DNA of 64,000 bases from an uncultured Rhodobacteraceae bacterium (GCA_965657085.1 CBFHND010000003.1:87924-151923); one strand, 5' to 3'. Shown: positions 19,591-29,384, numbered from the stretch's first letter. A program made the numbers and translations. The notes: generated from the sequence alone by a model not told the origin.

Positions 19591-20685
19591 ATGTTCAATC
19601 TCAAAACCCTGGCGGCAGGTGCTACGGCCCTGACGCTGATGGCTTCGGCGGCGATGGCCGAAACCACAATTCGTGTGCAGTCCGTGATTTCGGCAAAGGC
19701 AGACGAAGTAACCATGCTGCAGGACTTTGCCAATGACGTCGAAGCGCTGACAAGCGGTTCGGTCAAGTTCGAAATCCTGCCTGCAGGTGCGGTTGTCGGT
19801 GTCCGCGAGACGCTGGACGCCGTGGACAGCGGCCTGATCGAAGGCGGCTTTGCCTGGACGCACTACTGGTCGGGCAAACACCCTGCCGCGATGCTGTTCG
19901 GTTCGCCTGTTGCGGGCGCCGGTGTGGGCATCGACAACATCGCCTTCCTCAGCTGGTTCCAGTTTGCAGGCGGCAAAGAGCTGTATGACCAGCTGTGGGA
20001 CGAAATGGGCGTGAACGTCAAAGGCTTCATGCTGCAGCCCGTGGGCCCCGAAGCCCTGGGTTGGTTCAAAGAGCCGATCACGTCGATGGATGACTTCCGC
20101 AAGTATCGCTTCCGGACGCCTCCCGGTATCCCCGGCCAGACCTACAAGGACATCGGTGTTGCATCGGTCGCCATGGGCGGCGGTGACATCCTGCCCGCTC
20201 TGGAAAAAGGCACAATTGATGCGGCTGAATGGTGCTGCCCCAAGCCTGATAGCGTGTTCGGCTTCCAGAAAGTGCTCAAGCACTACTACCTGCAAGGTCT
20301 GCACCAGGTTGTTGTGAACGCCGACCTCTACATCAACGGCGACGTCTATGACGGTCTGACAGATCACGAGAAGAAGGCCATTGAAGTTGCGGCCAACGCA
20401 TCGCTGTCCAAAGCCATGTCCTACCGTATCTACGAGAACGGCAAGGCCCTGAAAGACCTGACAGAGAACCACGGCGTGATCCTGCACGACACACCTGCGG
20501 ACTACTTCCCGGCCTACATGGGTGCCGCAAAGGCGTCGCTGGAGAAGAACGCAGCGGAGAACCCTTTCTTCGCCGAAGTGTGGCAGTCGCAGAAAGACTT
20601 TGCTGACATCGCGGTTCCCTTCTGGGCCGGTGCACAAGCCTCGAACGCGGCTCTGGGCAAAGCCCACGCAGACACCCTGAAGTAA
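19591..20685 (+). CDS. hpsK: TRAP transporter substrate-binding protein (DctP family); candidate DHPS-binding HpsK
   Basis: GGGAGGA SD. Signal peptide MFNLKTLAAGATALTLMASAAMA|ETT. DctP-type fold is inferred from length and context. Confidence 0.65.
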   Translation: MFNLKTLAAGATALTLMASAAMAETTIRVQSVISAKADEVTMLQDFANDVEALTSGSVKFEILPAGAVVGVRETLDAVDSGLIEGGFAWTHYWSGKHPAAMLFGSPVAGAGVGIDNIAFLSWFQFAGGKELYDQLWDEMGVNVKGFMLQPVGPEALGWFKEPITSMDDFRKYRFRTPPGIPGQTYKDIGVASVAMGGGDILPALEKGTIDAAEWCCPKPDSVFGFQKVLKHYYLQGLHQVVVNADLYINGDVYDGLTDHEKKAIEVAANASLSKAMSYRIYENGKALKDLTENHGVILHDTPADYFPAYMGAAKASLEKNAAENPFFAEVWQSQKDFADIAVPFWAGAQASNAALGKAHADTLK

Positions 20686-20701
20686 TCGCTTCTTGCATGG
20701 A

Positions 20702-20728
20702 CAGGCCCCCGTCACCGGCGGGGGCCTG
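20702..20728 (+). other. Intercistronic GC hairpin between the TRAP binding-protein and permease genes
   Basis: CAGGCCCCCG tcaccgg CGGGGGCCTG, a perfect 10-bp stem with no U-tract. Confidence 0.5.
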
Positions 20729-20815
20729 CGCCAGCCACACACCACCTATCGCTTCCGTTAACGCAAGGGCCCCGGCATTGGGGGTCTTTTCGCCAATGGA
20801 AAAGGAGAGCGGGCC

Positions 20816-23152
20816 ATGACCGATGAGGTAAACCCGGACGAGCTGGACATCACCGACGAGCTGATTGCCGAGCGTCGTGCCGAAGAACCGGGCCAAACGC
20901 CCGAAGACATGACGCCCTGGATGCGGCCCATCACGGCCACCATTGACGTGATCAACCACTGGGCTGGTCGCATCATCTGCATTCTGATGATCCCTTTGAT
21001 CCTTTCAATCGTGTTCGAGGTTTTCTCGCGCAACATGTTCGCCATTCTGACCGAGAATGGCCTGAATGACGTCGCTATCGCATGGGGCTTTGGGCCCACG
21101 TTGTGGGTCTATGATGTCAGCCGGATGATCGGCGGGGTCATGTTCATGGCCGCAGCAGGCTATGCCTTGATGCGCGGCGTGCACATTCGCGCCGACTTTC
21201 TGTTCCGCAATTGGACTCTGAAGACACAAGCGACAGTGGATGCGACGCTGTATCTGGCCTTCTATATCCCTGCGATGCTCTTCTTTACGTGGGTCTCTAC
21301 TGAATACTTCCTAAAAGCGTTCTGGTCCGGAGAACAGGCTTCCGACTCCACTTGGGCTCCTTTGCTCTGGCCCGCGCGTCTGGCCATGCCCGTTGGCGCA
21401 TTGCTGCTGTTGCTCCAGGGCTTCCCGGAACTCTTCCGCGCCTTTCACCAGATGGGCAAAGCCCGCGAACGCCTATTCGTGCGCTTTCTGCCGCTTTATT
21501 TCGCCGCCCTTCTGGTGGTCACGCTGGCCATCTTCTTCCCTGATGTGATGCCTATTGGCGAATGGTGGAAAGACGCCTTTGGCCGCGAGGGTCTGCTGGG
21601 TGTGGACAAGCCAACAATCGGTTTGATTATGCTCGCCGTGATGCTCTTTTCGATCTTCGTGGGCTTTCCGATCTCGTTCACGCTGATCTTCTTGGGCTTT
21701 GTCTTTGGGACGTGGGGGGCGAATTTCAAACTCGCCACCTTCCTGATGACCTTGCAAACCAACTCGGTCATGCTGTCTGACCAACTGGTCGCGGTGCCTC
21801 TGTTCATCTTCATGGGCATTGTGATGGAACAGGCTGGCCTGATGGAACGCCTGTTCCAAGCGGTTCAAATGATGATGAGCAAGACACGCGGTGCGCTCTT
21901 TATCGCCGTATTGTTTGTCTCGACAATCTTTGCTGCGGCCACAGGCATTGTCGGTGCCTCGGTCACGATCCTTGGCATCATGGCTGCGCGTACGATGAAC
22001 AAATCCGGATATGATGTCAGGCTTGCCGCCGGGACCATCACCGCCGGCGGTACTCTGGGTATTTTGATCCCACCCTCGATTATGCTGATCGTTATGGGTC
22101 CTGTTCTCGAAGTGCCTGTGACGGACCTTTTCCGCGCGGCCATCGTGCCCGGAATTCTGCTGGCTGGTCTTTATATGATCTATGCTCTGGGTCGGTGTTG
22201 GCTGAACCCCTCTTTGGGGCCGATCCTGCCACCCGATGAGCAACCCGAAACATCGCCTTACTACTTGCTCGAAGTTGTGTTGGTCATGGGTTCGCTGGTC
22301 GCATTTATCTGGCTGATCACCAAGGGTTTGACTGATGGGTTTGGCTTCCCGATGGGGGCCTTGGTTGTGCCGCTGATCTGGGTTGGAATCATGTTTGCTG
22401 CCTACACTTGGGCTCGCAAAGCAAAGCCGGGTGGCTTCTACTTCTCTGACCTTTGGTACGAATTCTTCATGGGTCTGGTGCCGCCAACTGTTCTTATTGC
22501 CTTTGCACTCGGTTCGATCCTTGCCGGGTGGGCGACACCCGCCGAAGCTTCGGCTTGTGGTGCATTTGGTGCGATCCTGTTGTCTGCGCTCTATCGCAAA
22601 CTGACGCTCAAAGGCTTCTACGACGCCCTGATCAAATCTCTGGAAATCACGGTTCTGATCATGTTCCTCGTGGCCGCATCCAACTTCTTCGGGGCTGTGT
22701 TCTCGAACCTCGGAACACCCAAGATGCTGACCGAGCTTTTGCTCAGCCTTGATATGTCACCCATCTTGATCCTGATGCTGGTCATGGCATTGGTCTTCCT
22801 GCTGGGCTGGCCTCTGGAATGGGTGCCGATCGTGTTGATCATCGTGCCAATTCTGGTGCCGACGATTTCAGGCCTACAAGAAGGTTTGGGCTTTGGTACG
22901 GATGCGAAAGGCGCCAACGATCTGCTTGTGTGGTTCGCCATACTTGTGGCGGTGAACCTTCAAACTGCATGGCTCAGTCCGCCTGTTGCATTGTCAGCCT
23001 ATTTCCTCAAAGGCGTGGTGCCGGAATGGGATCTCAAGGACATCTACCTGGGCATGATGCAATTCATGGTCATCCAGTTGATCGGTCTGATCCTCATTTT
23101 CGTTTTCCCACAGATCGCGCTTTGGCTACCTAATGCGATTTATGGAAACTAG
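20816..23152 (+). CDS. TRAP transporter fused small+large permease (DctQ-DctM fusion); candidate HpsLM
   Basis: Single 778-aa ORF. Acidic N-terminus plus about 4 TM helices (DctQ-like), then a linker TM (FLPLYFAALLVVTLAIFFP), then a DctM-like polytopic domain. Ends in TAG. Confidence 0.8.
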   Translation: MTDEVNPDELDITDELIAERRAEEPGQTPEDMTPWMRPITATIDVINHWAGRIICILMIPLILSIVFEVFSRNMFAILTENGLNDVAIAWGFGPTLWVYDVSRMIGGVMFMAAAGYALMRGVHIRADFLFRNWTLKTQATVDATLYLAFYIPAMLFFTWVSTEYFLKAFWSGEQASDSTWAPLLWPARLAMPVGALLLLLQGFPELFRAFHQMGKARERLFVRFLPLYFAALLVVTLAIFFPDVMPIGEWWKDAFGREGLLGVDKPTIGLIMLAVMLFSIFVGFPISFTLIFLGFVFGTWGANFKLATFLMTLQTNSVMLSDQLVAVPLFIFMGIVMEQAGLMERLFQAVQMMMSKTRGALFIAVLFVSTIFAAATGIVGASVTILGIMAARTMNKSGYDVRLAAGTITAGGTLGILIPPSIMLIVMGPVLEVPVTDLFRAAIVPGILLAGLYMIYALGRCWLNPSLGPILPPDEQPETSPYYLLEVVLVMGSLVAFIWLITKGLTDGFGFPMGALVVPLIWVGIMFAAYTWARKAKPGGFYFSDLWYEFFMGLVPPTVLIAFALGSILAGWATPAEASACGAFGAILLSALYRKLTLKGFYDALIKSLEITVLIMFLVAASNFFGAVFSNLGTPKMLTELLLSLDMSPILILMLVMALVFLLGWPLEWVPIVLIIVPILVPTISGLQEGLGFGTDAKGANDLLVWFAILVAVNLQTAWLSPPVALSAYFLKGVVPEWDLKDIYLGMMQFMVIQLIGLILIFVFPQIALWLPNAIYGN

Positions 23153-23176
23153 AGTTGAAAGTTTCTGAATAATCAA

Positions 23177-23204
23177 ATCCGAGGGTGTGAAAACAGCCTC
23201 GGAT
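23177..23204 (+). other. Intercistronic hairpin between the permease gene and hpsN
   Basis: ATCCGAGG - 12 nt - CCTCGGAT. Confidence 0.4.
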
Positions 23205-23240
23205 TGCTATCACCCGCCTGCACATTCTGGAGTGTTCTTC

Positions 23241-24548
23241 ATGGCCCGTGACTACCTCAAAAAAGCGACAAAAACTGCACAGACCGGATCGTCGGATGTG
23301 CATGATACCGTCGTGAAAATCCTTGGCGATATCGAAGCGGGCGGGGATGCCGCCGCGATGGAATATGCCGCCAAGTTCGACAACTACGATGGCAACGTGA
23401 TCCTGACCGACGAAGAGATTCAGGCCGCCATCGCCAAGGTTCCGCAAAAGCTGAAGGACGATATCGCCTTTGCCCACGACAACGTGCGCCGCTTTGCCGA
23501 GACCCAGAAGAAGACGATGACAAACGTCGAGTTGGAAGTGGTGCCGGGCCTGATCGCGGGTCAGAAAACCATCCCCTGCCGCGCGGCCGGATGCTATGTG
23601 CCCGGCGGGCGCTACAGCCACGTCGCATCCGCCATCATGACGGTGACAACCGCGAAGGTCGCGGGCGTCAAACACATCACTGCCTGTTCGCCGCCCCGTC
23701 CGGGCGAAGGCGTGCCGCCGGCCATCATTTACGCCGCGCACATCTGTGGCGCGGACAAGATCCTGTCGATGGGCGGTGTTCAAGGTGTGGCCGCGATGAC
23801 CTTTGGCCTTTTTGGCCTTCCCAAGGCCGATATCCTTGTTGGTCCGGGCAACCAATTCGTGGCCGAAGCCAAGCGTATCCTCTTTGGCCGCGTGGGCATC
23901 GACATGATTGCCGGCCCCACCGACAGCCTTGTTCTGGCCGATGCCACTGCCGATCCGCACATCGTGGCCACCGATTTGGTCAGCCAGGCGGAACACGGCT
24001 ACAACTCGCCCGTGTGGCTGGTCACCGATGACCGCGCACTGGCCGAAGACGTGATGAACCGCGTGCCAGACCTGATCGCCGATCTGCCCGACCTCAACCG
24101 CGAAAACGCGACAGCCGCATGGCGCGATTATGCCGAAGTGATTGTCTGCGCCGACCGCGAGGAAATGGCCGCGACGTCGGACGACTATGCGCCCGAGCAC
24201 CTGACCGTGATGGCCGAGGACCTCGATTGGTGGCTGGATCGTCTGACCTGCTATGGCTCGCTGTTTCTGGGCGAGGAAACAACCGTATCCTACGGCGACA
24301 AATCCTCAGGCACCAACCACGTGCTGCCCACCTCGGGATCGGCCAAGTACACAGGCGGTCTGTCGGTTCACAAGTACATGAAGATCGTCACATGGCAGCG
24401 CGCCACCCGCGAAGGGTCCAAGGATGTGGCCATCGCCACCGCCCGGATCAGCCGCCTTGAAGGCATGGAAGGCCATGCCCGCTCGGCGGACGTGCGCCTT
24501 GCCAAGTATTTCCCGCAGGAAAACTTCGACCTCTCGGCGGAGGAATAG
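23241..24548 (+). CDS. hpsN: Histidinol-dehydrogenase-family enzyme; candidate sulfopropanediol (DHPS) 3-dehydrogenase
   Basis: HisD-family length (435 aa) and motifs (QAEHG, SYGDK..GTNHVLPT). N-terminus MARDYLKKA. Embedded between the TRAP genes and the SDR/ADH/ComDE genes, not with his genes. Confidence 0.7.
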   Translation: MARDYLKKATKTAQTGSSDVHDTVVKILGDIEAGGDAAAMEYAAKFDNYDGNVILTDEEIQAAIAKVPQKLKDDIAFAHDNVRRFAETQKKTMTNVELEVVPGLIAGQKTIPCRAAGCYVPGGRYSHVASAIMTVTTAKVAGVKHITACSPPRPGEGVPPAIIYAAHICGADKILSMGGVQGVAAMTFGLFGLPKADILVGPGNQFVAEAKRILFGRVGIDMIAGPTDSLVLADATADPHIVATDLVSQAEHGYNSPVWLVTDDRALAEDVMNRVPDLIADLPDLNRENATAAWRDYAEVIVCADREEMAATSDDYAPEHLTVMAEDLDWWLDRLTCYGSLFLGEETTVSYGDKSSGTNHVLPTSGSAKYTGGLSVHKYMKIVTWQRATREGSKDVAIATARISRLEGMEGHARSADVRLAKYFPQENFDLSAEE

Positions 24549-25304
24549 GTGCAACCCGACCTCTTCAGCGTTCAAGGGCGCGTGGCCTGTGTGACGGGGG
24601 CCTCATCCGGCCTTGGTCAGGCGGCGGCGTCCCTTCTGGCCGCGCATGGCGCGCGCGTGGTGGGTATTGCCCGCCGCGCCGACGCCCTGTCGGCATGGCA
24701 GGCTGAAGCCAAGGGCGAGGTCGCAACCTTGACGGCGGATTTGTCGGATCGCAGCGCTCTGCGGGATATCGCGGCAGAGACAGCCAAGCCGTTTGGCGCG
24801 CCCGACATCCTGATCAACGCCGCAGGCATCAACACCCGCACCCACGCAGATGATGTGACGCCCGATGACTGGGACCTGACGCTGGACCTGAACCTCAGCG
24901 CCCCCTTCTTTCTGGCGCAGGCCATGGTGCCCGCGATGAAAGCCAAGAGCTGGGGCCGCATCCTGAATTTCGCGTCCCTGCAATCGCGCCGCGCCTTTGC
25001 CAATGGCATCAGCTATGGCGCGTCCAAGGGGGGTGTCGAACAGTTGACCCGCGCCATGGCCGAAGCCTGGAGCGCGCATGGCATCACCGCCAACGCAGTC
25101 GCGCCGGGGTTCTTCCGCACCGAACTGACCGGCCCGGTTTTTGCCAACCCTGAACTGGCGCAAAAGAACGCGGACCAGACCTGTATCGGACGCAATGGCG
25201 AACCTTCCGACCTTGATGGGCCGGTCTTGTTCTTCTGTTCCGAGGCCGGCGGCTATGTGACCGGCCAGACCCTATTTGTCGACGGAGGTTTCACCGCGAA
25301 ATGA
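24549..25304 (+). CDS. hpsO: Short-chain dehydrogenase/reductase; candidate DHPS 2-dehydrogenase
   Basis: GTG start directly after the hpsN TAG. TGASSGLG and YGASKGG (YxxxK) motifs. Confidence 0.7.
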   Translation: MQPDLFSVQGRVACVTGASSGLGQAAASLLAAHGARVVGIARRADALSAWQAEAKGEVATLTADLSDRSALRDIAAETAKPFGAPDILINAAGINTRTHADDVTPDDWDLTLDLNLSAPFFLAQAMVPAMKAKSWGRILNFASLQSRRAFANGISYGASKGGVEQLTRAMAEAWSAHGITANAVAPGFFRTELTGPVFANPELAQKNADQTCIGRNGEPSDLDGPVLFFCSEAGGYVTGQTLFVDGGFTAK

Positions 25305-26302
25305 AAGCCTTGGTATACACAGGGGTGGAAACCCTCGACTACCGCGATGTCCCGATGCCCGAGCCTACGGAAGGGCAGGCGCTGGTCAAGATCCTCGCCT
25401 CTGGCATTTGCGGGTCGGACATGCACGCCTATCTGGGCCACGATGAACGCCGCCCTGCCCCACTTATTCTCGGGCACGAAGCCGCAGGGATCGTTCAGGG
25501 GGGCGCGATGGATGGTCAGCGGGTCACCATCAACCCGCTGGTCAGTTGCATGGCCTGCGAGCCGTGCCTGCAAGGGCGCACCAACATCTGCGCCGACCGC
25601 ATGATCATCTCCATGCCCCCGCGCGAGGGGGCCTTTGCAGAATGGGTGGCCATCTCCGAAGGCAACCTTGTGCCGGTTCCGGATGGCACACCTCTGGAAC
25701 ATGCGGCCCTCGCCGAACCCATCGCCTGCGGGTGGCATGCGGCACGGCTGGCCCTGCCCTTGGTTCATGCATCCGCCCCCCGCGCGCTGGTCATTGGCGG
25801 CGGTGCGATTGGCATGGGGGCCGCGTTGTCCTTGCAGGCGCAGGGCCTTGCCGATGTCACATTGATAGAACCGCACGACGCCCGCCGCGCCTATATCGCG
25901 GACCGCGCACCCTTTGCCGTCGGCACCGAGGCCGACCTGAAGGATGCGCAATTCGATGTTGTCATCGACGGCGTGGGCTTTGATGCCACCCGCGCACTGG
26001 CTTCAGCCCGTGCCAAACCCGGCGGCGTGATCGCACACATCGGGTTGGGCAGCGCCACGGGTGGCTTGGACATCCGCCGCATGACATTGCAAGAGATTAC
26101 CTTTATCGGCACCTACACCTACACCGCCGAAGATTTCCGCCAGACCGCCAAAGCCATCTTTGATGGCAGCCTTGGTGCTTTGGACTGGATCACGACCCAA
26201 CCGCTGGCAACGGGCGCCGACGCCTTTGCCGCCATCCGGTCGGGATCCGCAACTGCCCCCAAGACCATTCTCATCCCCACACATGAAGGAGGAAACGCGT
26301 GA
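25301..26302 (+). CDS. hpsP: Zn-dependent alcohol dehydrogenase (MDR family); candidate DHPS 2-dehydrogenase
   Basis: GICGSDMH and ILGHEAAG motifs. 4-nt overlap with both neighbours. Confidence 0.7.
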   Translation: MKALVYTGVETLDYRDVPMPEPTEGQALVKILASGICGSDMHAYLGHDERRPAPLILGHEAAGIVQGGAMDGQRVTINPLVSCMACEPCLQGRTNICADRMIISMPPREGAFAEWVAISEGNLVPVPDGTPLEHAALAEPIACGWHAARLALPLVHASAPRALVIGGGAIGMGAALSLQAQGLADVTLIEPHDARRAYIADRAPFAVGTEADLKDAQFDVVIDGVGFDATRALASARAKPGGVIAHIGLGSATGGLDIRRMTLQEITFIGTYTYTAEDFRQTAKAIFDGSLGALDWITTQPLATGADAFAAIRSGSATAPKTILIPTHEGGNA

Positions 26303-26805
26303 GCATTTCCAAGCGAATAGTGGACGATATGGCCGCGAACGACATTTCGTTCGTGACCACCGTTCCCTGCAAACAATTGGCCGGCGTCATCGACGAAGTG
26401 GAGGCCCGCGACGGCATGTTCCACATCCCGTCCAACAAGGAAGACGAAGGCATGGGCCTGTGCGCCGGTGCATGGATGGGCGGCAAACGCCCCGCCATCA
26501 TCATGCAGAACACCGCCATCGGCGTGACCATCAACACGCTGGCCACCCTGATCCAATACTACCGGATGCCCCTGCCGATGCTGATCAGCTACCGGGGTGA
26601 ACTGCGCGAACCTGTCGCCTGTCAGGTCGAAATGGCCGTGCACACCAAGGCGCTGCTGGCCCAGATGAACATCCCCACCTACCACTTCCACAACCAGTCG
26701 GACGTGGAAGAGCTGGATATGATCCTGAAATACACATTCATGTGCAACAAACCCGTGGCGATCCTGACCGACGCCAACTTCTGGGGAGGCTATGGCGACC
26801 AATGA
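26299..26805 (+). CDS. comD: Sulfopyruvate decarboxylase alpha subunit
   Basis: 168-aa ThDP-enzyme pyrimidine-binding half (FVTTVPCKQL, EDEGMGLCAGAWMGG). Paired with the beta half. Confidence 0.75.
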   Translation: MSISKRIVDDMAANDISFVTTVPCKQLAGVIDEVEARDGMFHIPSNKEDEGMGLCAGAWMGGKRPAIIMQNTAIGVTINTLATLIQYYRMPLPMLISYRGELREPVACQVEMAVHTKALLAQMNIPTYHFHNQSDVEELDMILKYTFMCNKPVAILTDANFWGGYGDQ

Positions 26806-27356
26806 TCCGTTCTGAAATCCTGCGCGAGATCGCGCCCATCCTTCGTGACCAACTGGTTGTCTGCAACATTGGCCTGCCCAGCCAGGAACTGCACATGATC
26901 GACGATCAACCCACCAACTTCTACATGTTGGGCACCATGGGCCTGTCGTCCTCCATCGGTCTGGGCCTTGCCCTGGCGCAAGACAAAACCGTCATTTCCA
27001 TCGACGGCGATGGGTCGGTGCTGACCAACCTTGGCACACTGCCCACCATCGCCAACAACGTGGCCGACAACTACATCCTGATGATCATCGACAACGGGTC
27101 CTATGGCTCGACCGGCGATCAACCGACCTATGCGGGCAAGAAGACCGCCTTGGAAAACGTGGCAGCCGCCTGTGGCTGCGAGAACGTCGTGACCTGCAAG
27201 GATGTCGACACCGGCAAAACCCTGCAAGCGGCAATCGACAGCAAGAAGATGACGATCATCGTCGTCAAATGCGACAGCGGCAACATCAAGCTGCCGGTCA
27301 TCACCATGGACCCCGTGGTCATCCGCGATCGCTTTATGAAAGCGGTGGCCAGCTAA
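26802..27356 (+). CDS. comE: Sulfopyruvate decarboxylase beta subunit
   Basis: ATGA overlap with comD. ThDP-binding motif IDGDGSVLTNLG...IDNGSYGSTG. Confidence 0.75.
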   Translation: MIRSEILREIAPILRDQLVVCNIGLPSQELHMIDDQPTNFYMLGTMGLSSSIGLGLALAQDKTVISIDGDGSVLTNLGTLPTIANNVADNYILMIIDNGSYGSTGDQPTYAGKKTALENVAAACGCENVVTCKDVDTGKTLQAAIDSKKMTIIVVKCDSGNIKLPVITMDPVVIRDRFMKAVAS

Positions 27357-27368
27357 GGCCCCGCCCTT

Positions 27369-27403
27369 GCCCCTGCTTGACCTTGCGTCCGGCAGGGGCT
27401 TTT
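27369..27403 (+). terminator. Rho-independent terminator ending the hps/comDE operon
   Basis: GCCCCTGC - 15-nt loop - GCAGGGGC followed by TTTT. Confidence 0.7.
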
Positions 27404-27474
27404 CACCACCCCGCTCTTGACCTTGCCGGGCCTTCGGTTTCGTATGGGAAACCACGAAAAAAGGGGCGCGGGCC

Positions 27475-28599
27475 ATGTATACACCAGCGATCACTGGCAC
27501 AGGGGTCTTTACCCCCGATCAGACCATCACAAACGCCGAACTGGTGACGGCCTTCAACGCCTATGCCGACAAGTTCAACGCCGAACACGCGGATGCCATC
27601 GCTGCGGGCGAGGTCGAGGCCAAACCCCACTCGTCCGAGGATTTCATATTCAAGGCGTCTGGTATCGAACAACGCTTCGTGCTCGACAAATCCGGCGTTC
27701 TGGACCCCGACGTCATGCACCCGCTCTTGCGCCAACGGTCTGATGATGAACCCGGCGTAATGGCCGAAATGGCGCTGGATGCAGCACGAAAGGCGCTGAA
27801 ACAGGCGGGTAAAACTGCCCAAGACATCGACGCGGTGATCTGTGCCGCCTCCAACCTCGAACGTGCCTATCCGGCCGTTGCCATCGAAATTCAGGACCTT
27901 CTGGGCATTCAGGGCTTTGCCTTTGACATGAACGTGGCCTGTTCGTCGGCCACCTTCGGCATTCAGGCCGCCGCTGACATGATCCGCTCGGGCTCGATCA
28001 AATCGGCTTTGGTTGTGAACCCGGAAATCTGCTCGGCGCACCTCGAATGGCGCGACCGCGATTGCCACTTCATCTTTGGCGACGTGGCCACCGCCATGGT
28101 CATCGAACGGGTCGAAGACGCCAAAGGCCCCTATTTCGAGATCAAGTCCACCCGCTGCGCCACCGAGTTTTCCAACAACATTCGCAACAACAACGGCTTC
28201 CTGCGCCGCTCGCGCCCCGATGGGGTGGCAGACCGCCGCGACATGCAGTTCATGCAGAACGGCCGCAAGGTGTTCAAGGAAGTGCTGCCCATGGTGTCGA
28301 AACACATCGCCGACCACATGGCCGACGAAGGTGTCGAAGCCACCGATCTGAAACGGCTCTGGCTGCATCAGGCCAACAAGTCGATGAACGATTTCATCGG
28401 CAAGAAGGTTCTGGGCCGCGACCCGGAACCCGGCGAACAACCCAACATCTTGCAGGACTACGCCAACACGTCCTCCGCTGGCTCCATCATCGCCTTCTCG
28501 AAATATTCGGAGGATATGAAAGACGGCGATCATGGCCTGATCTGTTCATTCGGCGCTGGCTATTCCGTGGGGTCCGTCATCGTGCAACGCCACGGCTGA
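27475..28599 (+). CDS. Beta-ketoacyl-ACP synthase III-like condensing enzyme (long FabH-type)
   Basis: Active-site NVACSSATFG, WLHQANKSMN and FGAGYS motifs. 374 aa. Confidence 0.8.
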   Translation: MYTPAITGTGVFTPDQTITNAELVTAFNAYADKFNAEHADAIAAGEVEAKPHSSEDFIFKASGIEQRFVLDKSGVLDPDVMHPLLRQRSDDEPGVMAEMALDAARKALKQAGKTAQDIDAVICAASNLERAYPAVAIEIQDLLGIQGFAFDMNVACSSATFGIQAAADMIRSGSIKSALVVNPEICSAHLEWRDRDCHFIFGDVATAMVIERVEDAKGPYFEIKSTRCATEFSNNIRNNNGFLRRSRPDGVADRRDMQFMQNGRKVFKEVLPMVSKHIADHMADEGVEATDLKRLWLHQANKSMNDFIGKKVLGRDPEPGEQPNILQDYANTSSAGSIIAFSKYSEDMKDGDHGLICSFGAGYSVGSVIVQRHG

Positions 28600-28670
28600 T
28601 CCTGCGGCGGCATTGCGGGTCGGCGGGTGGGCGCCTTTCGCGCGTCAGCGCGGAACAGTTCAGCCGACGA

Positions 28671-29384
28671 TCACTGCTTCGACACCCGCGCATGCACCTC
28701 TTCAACGCTTTCCACCCGTTCCGAATACCGATCCACAAGGTACTCTGACCGGCCCCGCATCAGCCATGTGAATTTGACCAATTCCTCCATGACATCGACG
28801 ATGCGGCGGTAAAACGGCCCCTCAGGCAAACGTCCGTCCTGAAATTCAAGCCACGCCTTGGGGATCGACGATTGATTGGGGATCGTCACCATCCGCATCC
28901 AACGCCCAAGGATGCGCATCTGGTTCACCGCGTTGAACGATTGCGATCCACCCGACACCTGCATCACCGCCAATGTCTTGCCCTGCGTGGGCCGGATACC
29001 GCCCTTCATCGACAGCGGCAGCCAATCCACCTGCGTCTTCATCAGTCCGGTCATGGCCCCATGGCGTTCGGGGCTGGACCAGACCATGCCCTCGGACCAG
29101 ATGACCATATCGCGCAGTTCGGCCACTTTGGGGTGGCTTTCGTCCCCATCATCGACCAGCGGCAAACCCGAAGGGTCGAACATGCGGGTCTCACATCCCA
29201 GATGTCGCAAGACCCGCGCGGCCTCTTCGGCAGCCCGACGCGAATAGCTCACGTCCCGCAACGATCCGTAAAGCAGCAGAATACGCGGTGGGTGACGCGG
29301 GGCATCCGGCGCGCACAAAAGGTCAACGTCTATGGTGGGCAACGCCGCCGCAACCAGCGCCGGCAGATCGTCCGTTTCAGGCAC
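28671..29384 (-). CDS. arsH: ArsH-type NADPH-dependent FMN reductase
   Basis: [24 protein letters not shown] and [10 protein letters not shown] are typical of ArsH. No other ars genes in the window. Confidence 0.8.
   Translation of the reverse strand: MPETDDLPALVAAALPTIDVDLLCAPDAPRHPPRILLLYGSLRDVSYSRRAAEEAARVLRHLGCETRMFDPSGLPLVDDGDESHPKVAELRDMVIWSEGMVWSSPERHGAMTGLMKTQVDWLPLSMKGGIRPTQGKTLAVMQVSGGSQSFNAVNQMRILGRWMRMVTIPNQSSIPKAWLEFQDGRLPEGPFYRRIVDVMEELVKFTWLMRGRSEYLVDRYSERVESVEEVHARVSKQ

Noticed and set aside
23241-24548. Annotating this gene as biosynthetic histidinol dehydrogenase hisD
   Set aside because: There are no his genes nearby, and it is embedded between the TRAP, SDR, ADH and ComDE genes with 0-4 nt spacing. 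The HpsN-type paralog explanation fits the context better, though phylogeny is needed.
27376-27426. Direct repeat CTTGACCTTGC at 27376 and 27416, exactly 40 nt apart
   Set aside because: It is short (11 nt). The first copy lies in the terminator loop, and the second plausibly supplies a TTGACC -35 for the KASIII-like gene. The evidence is insufficient for a regulatory claim.
19501-28533. Long minus-strand ORFs inside the hps/com/KASIII region (19501-20745, 23130-24200, 25253-25951, 26119-26802, 26790-27500, 27403-28533)
   Set aside because: All are antisense to motif-bearing plus-strand genes that form a coherent operon, so they are GC shadow frames.
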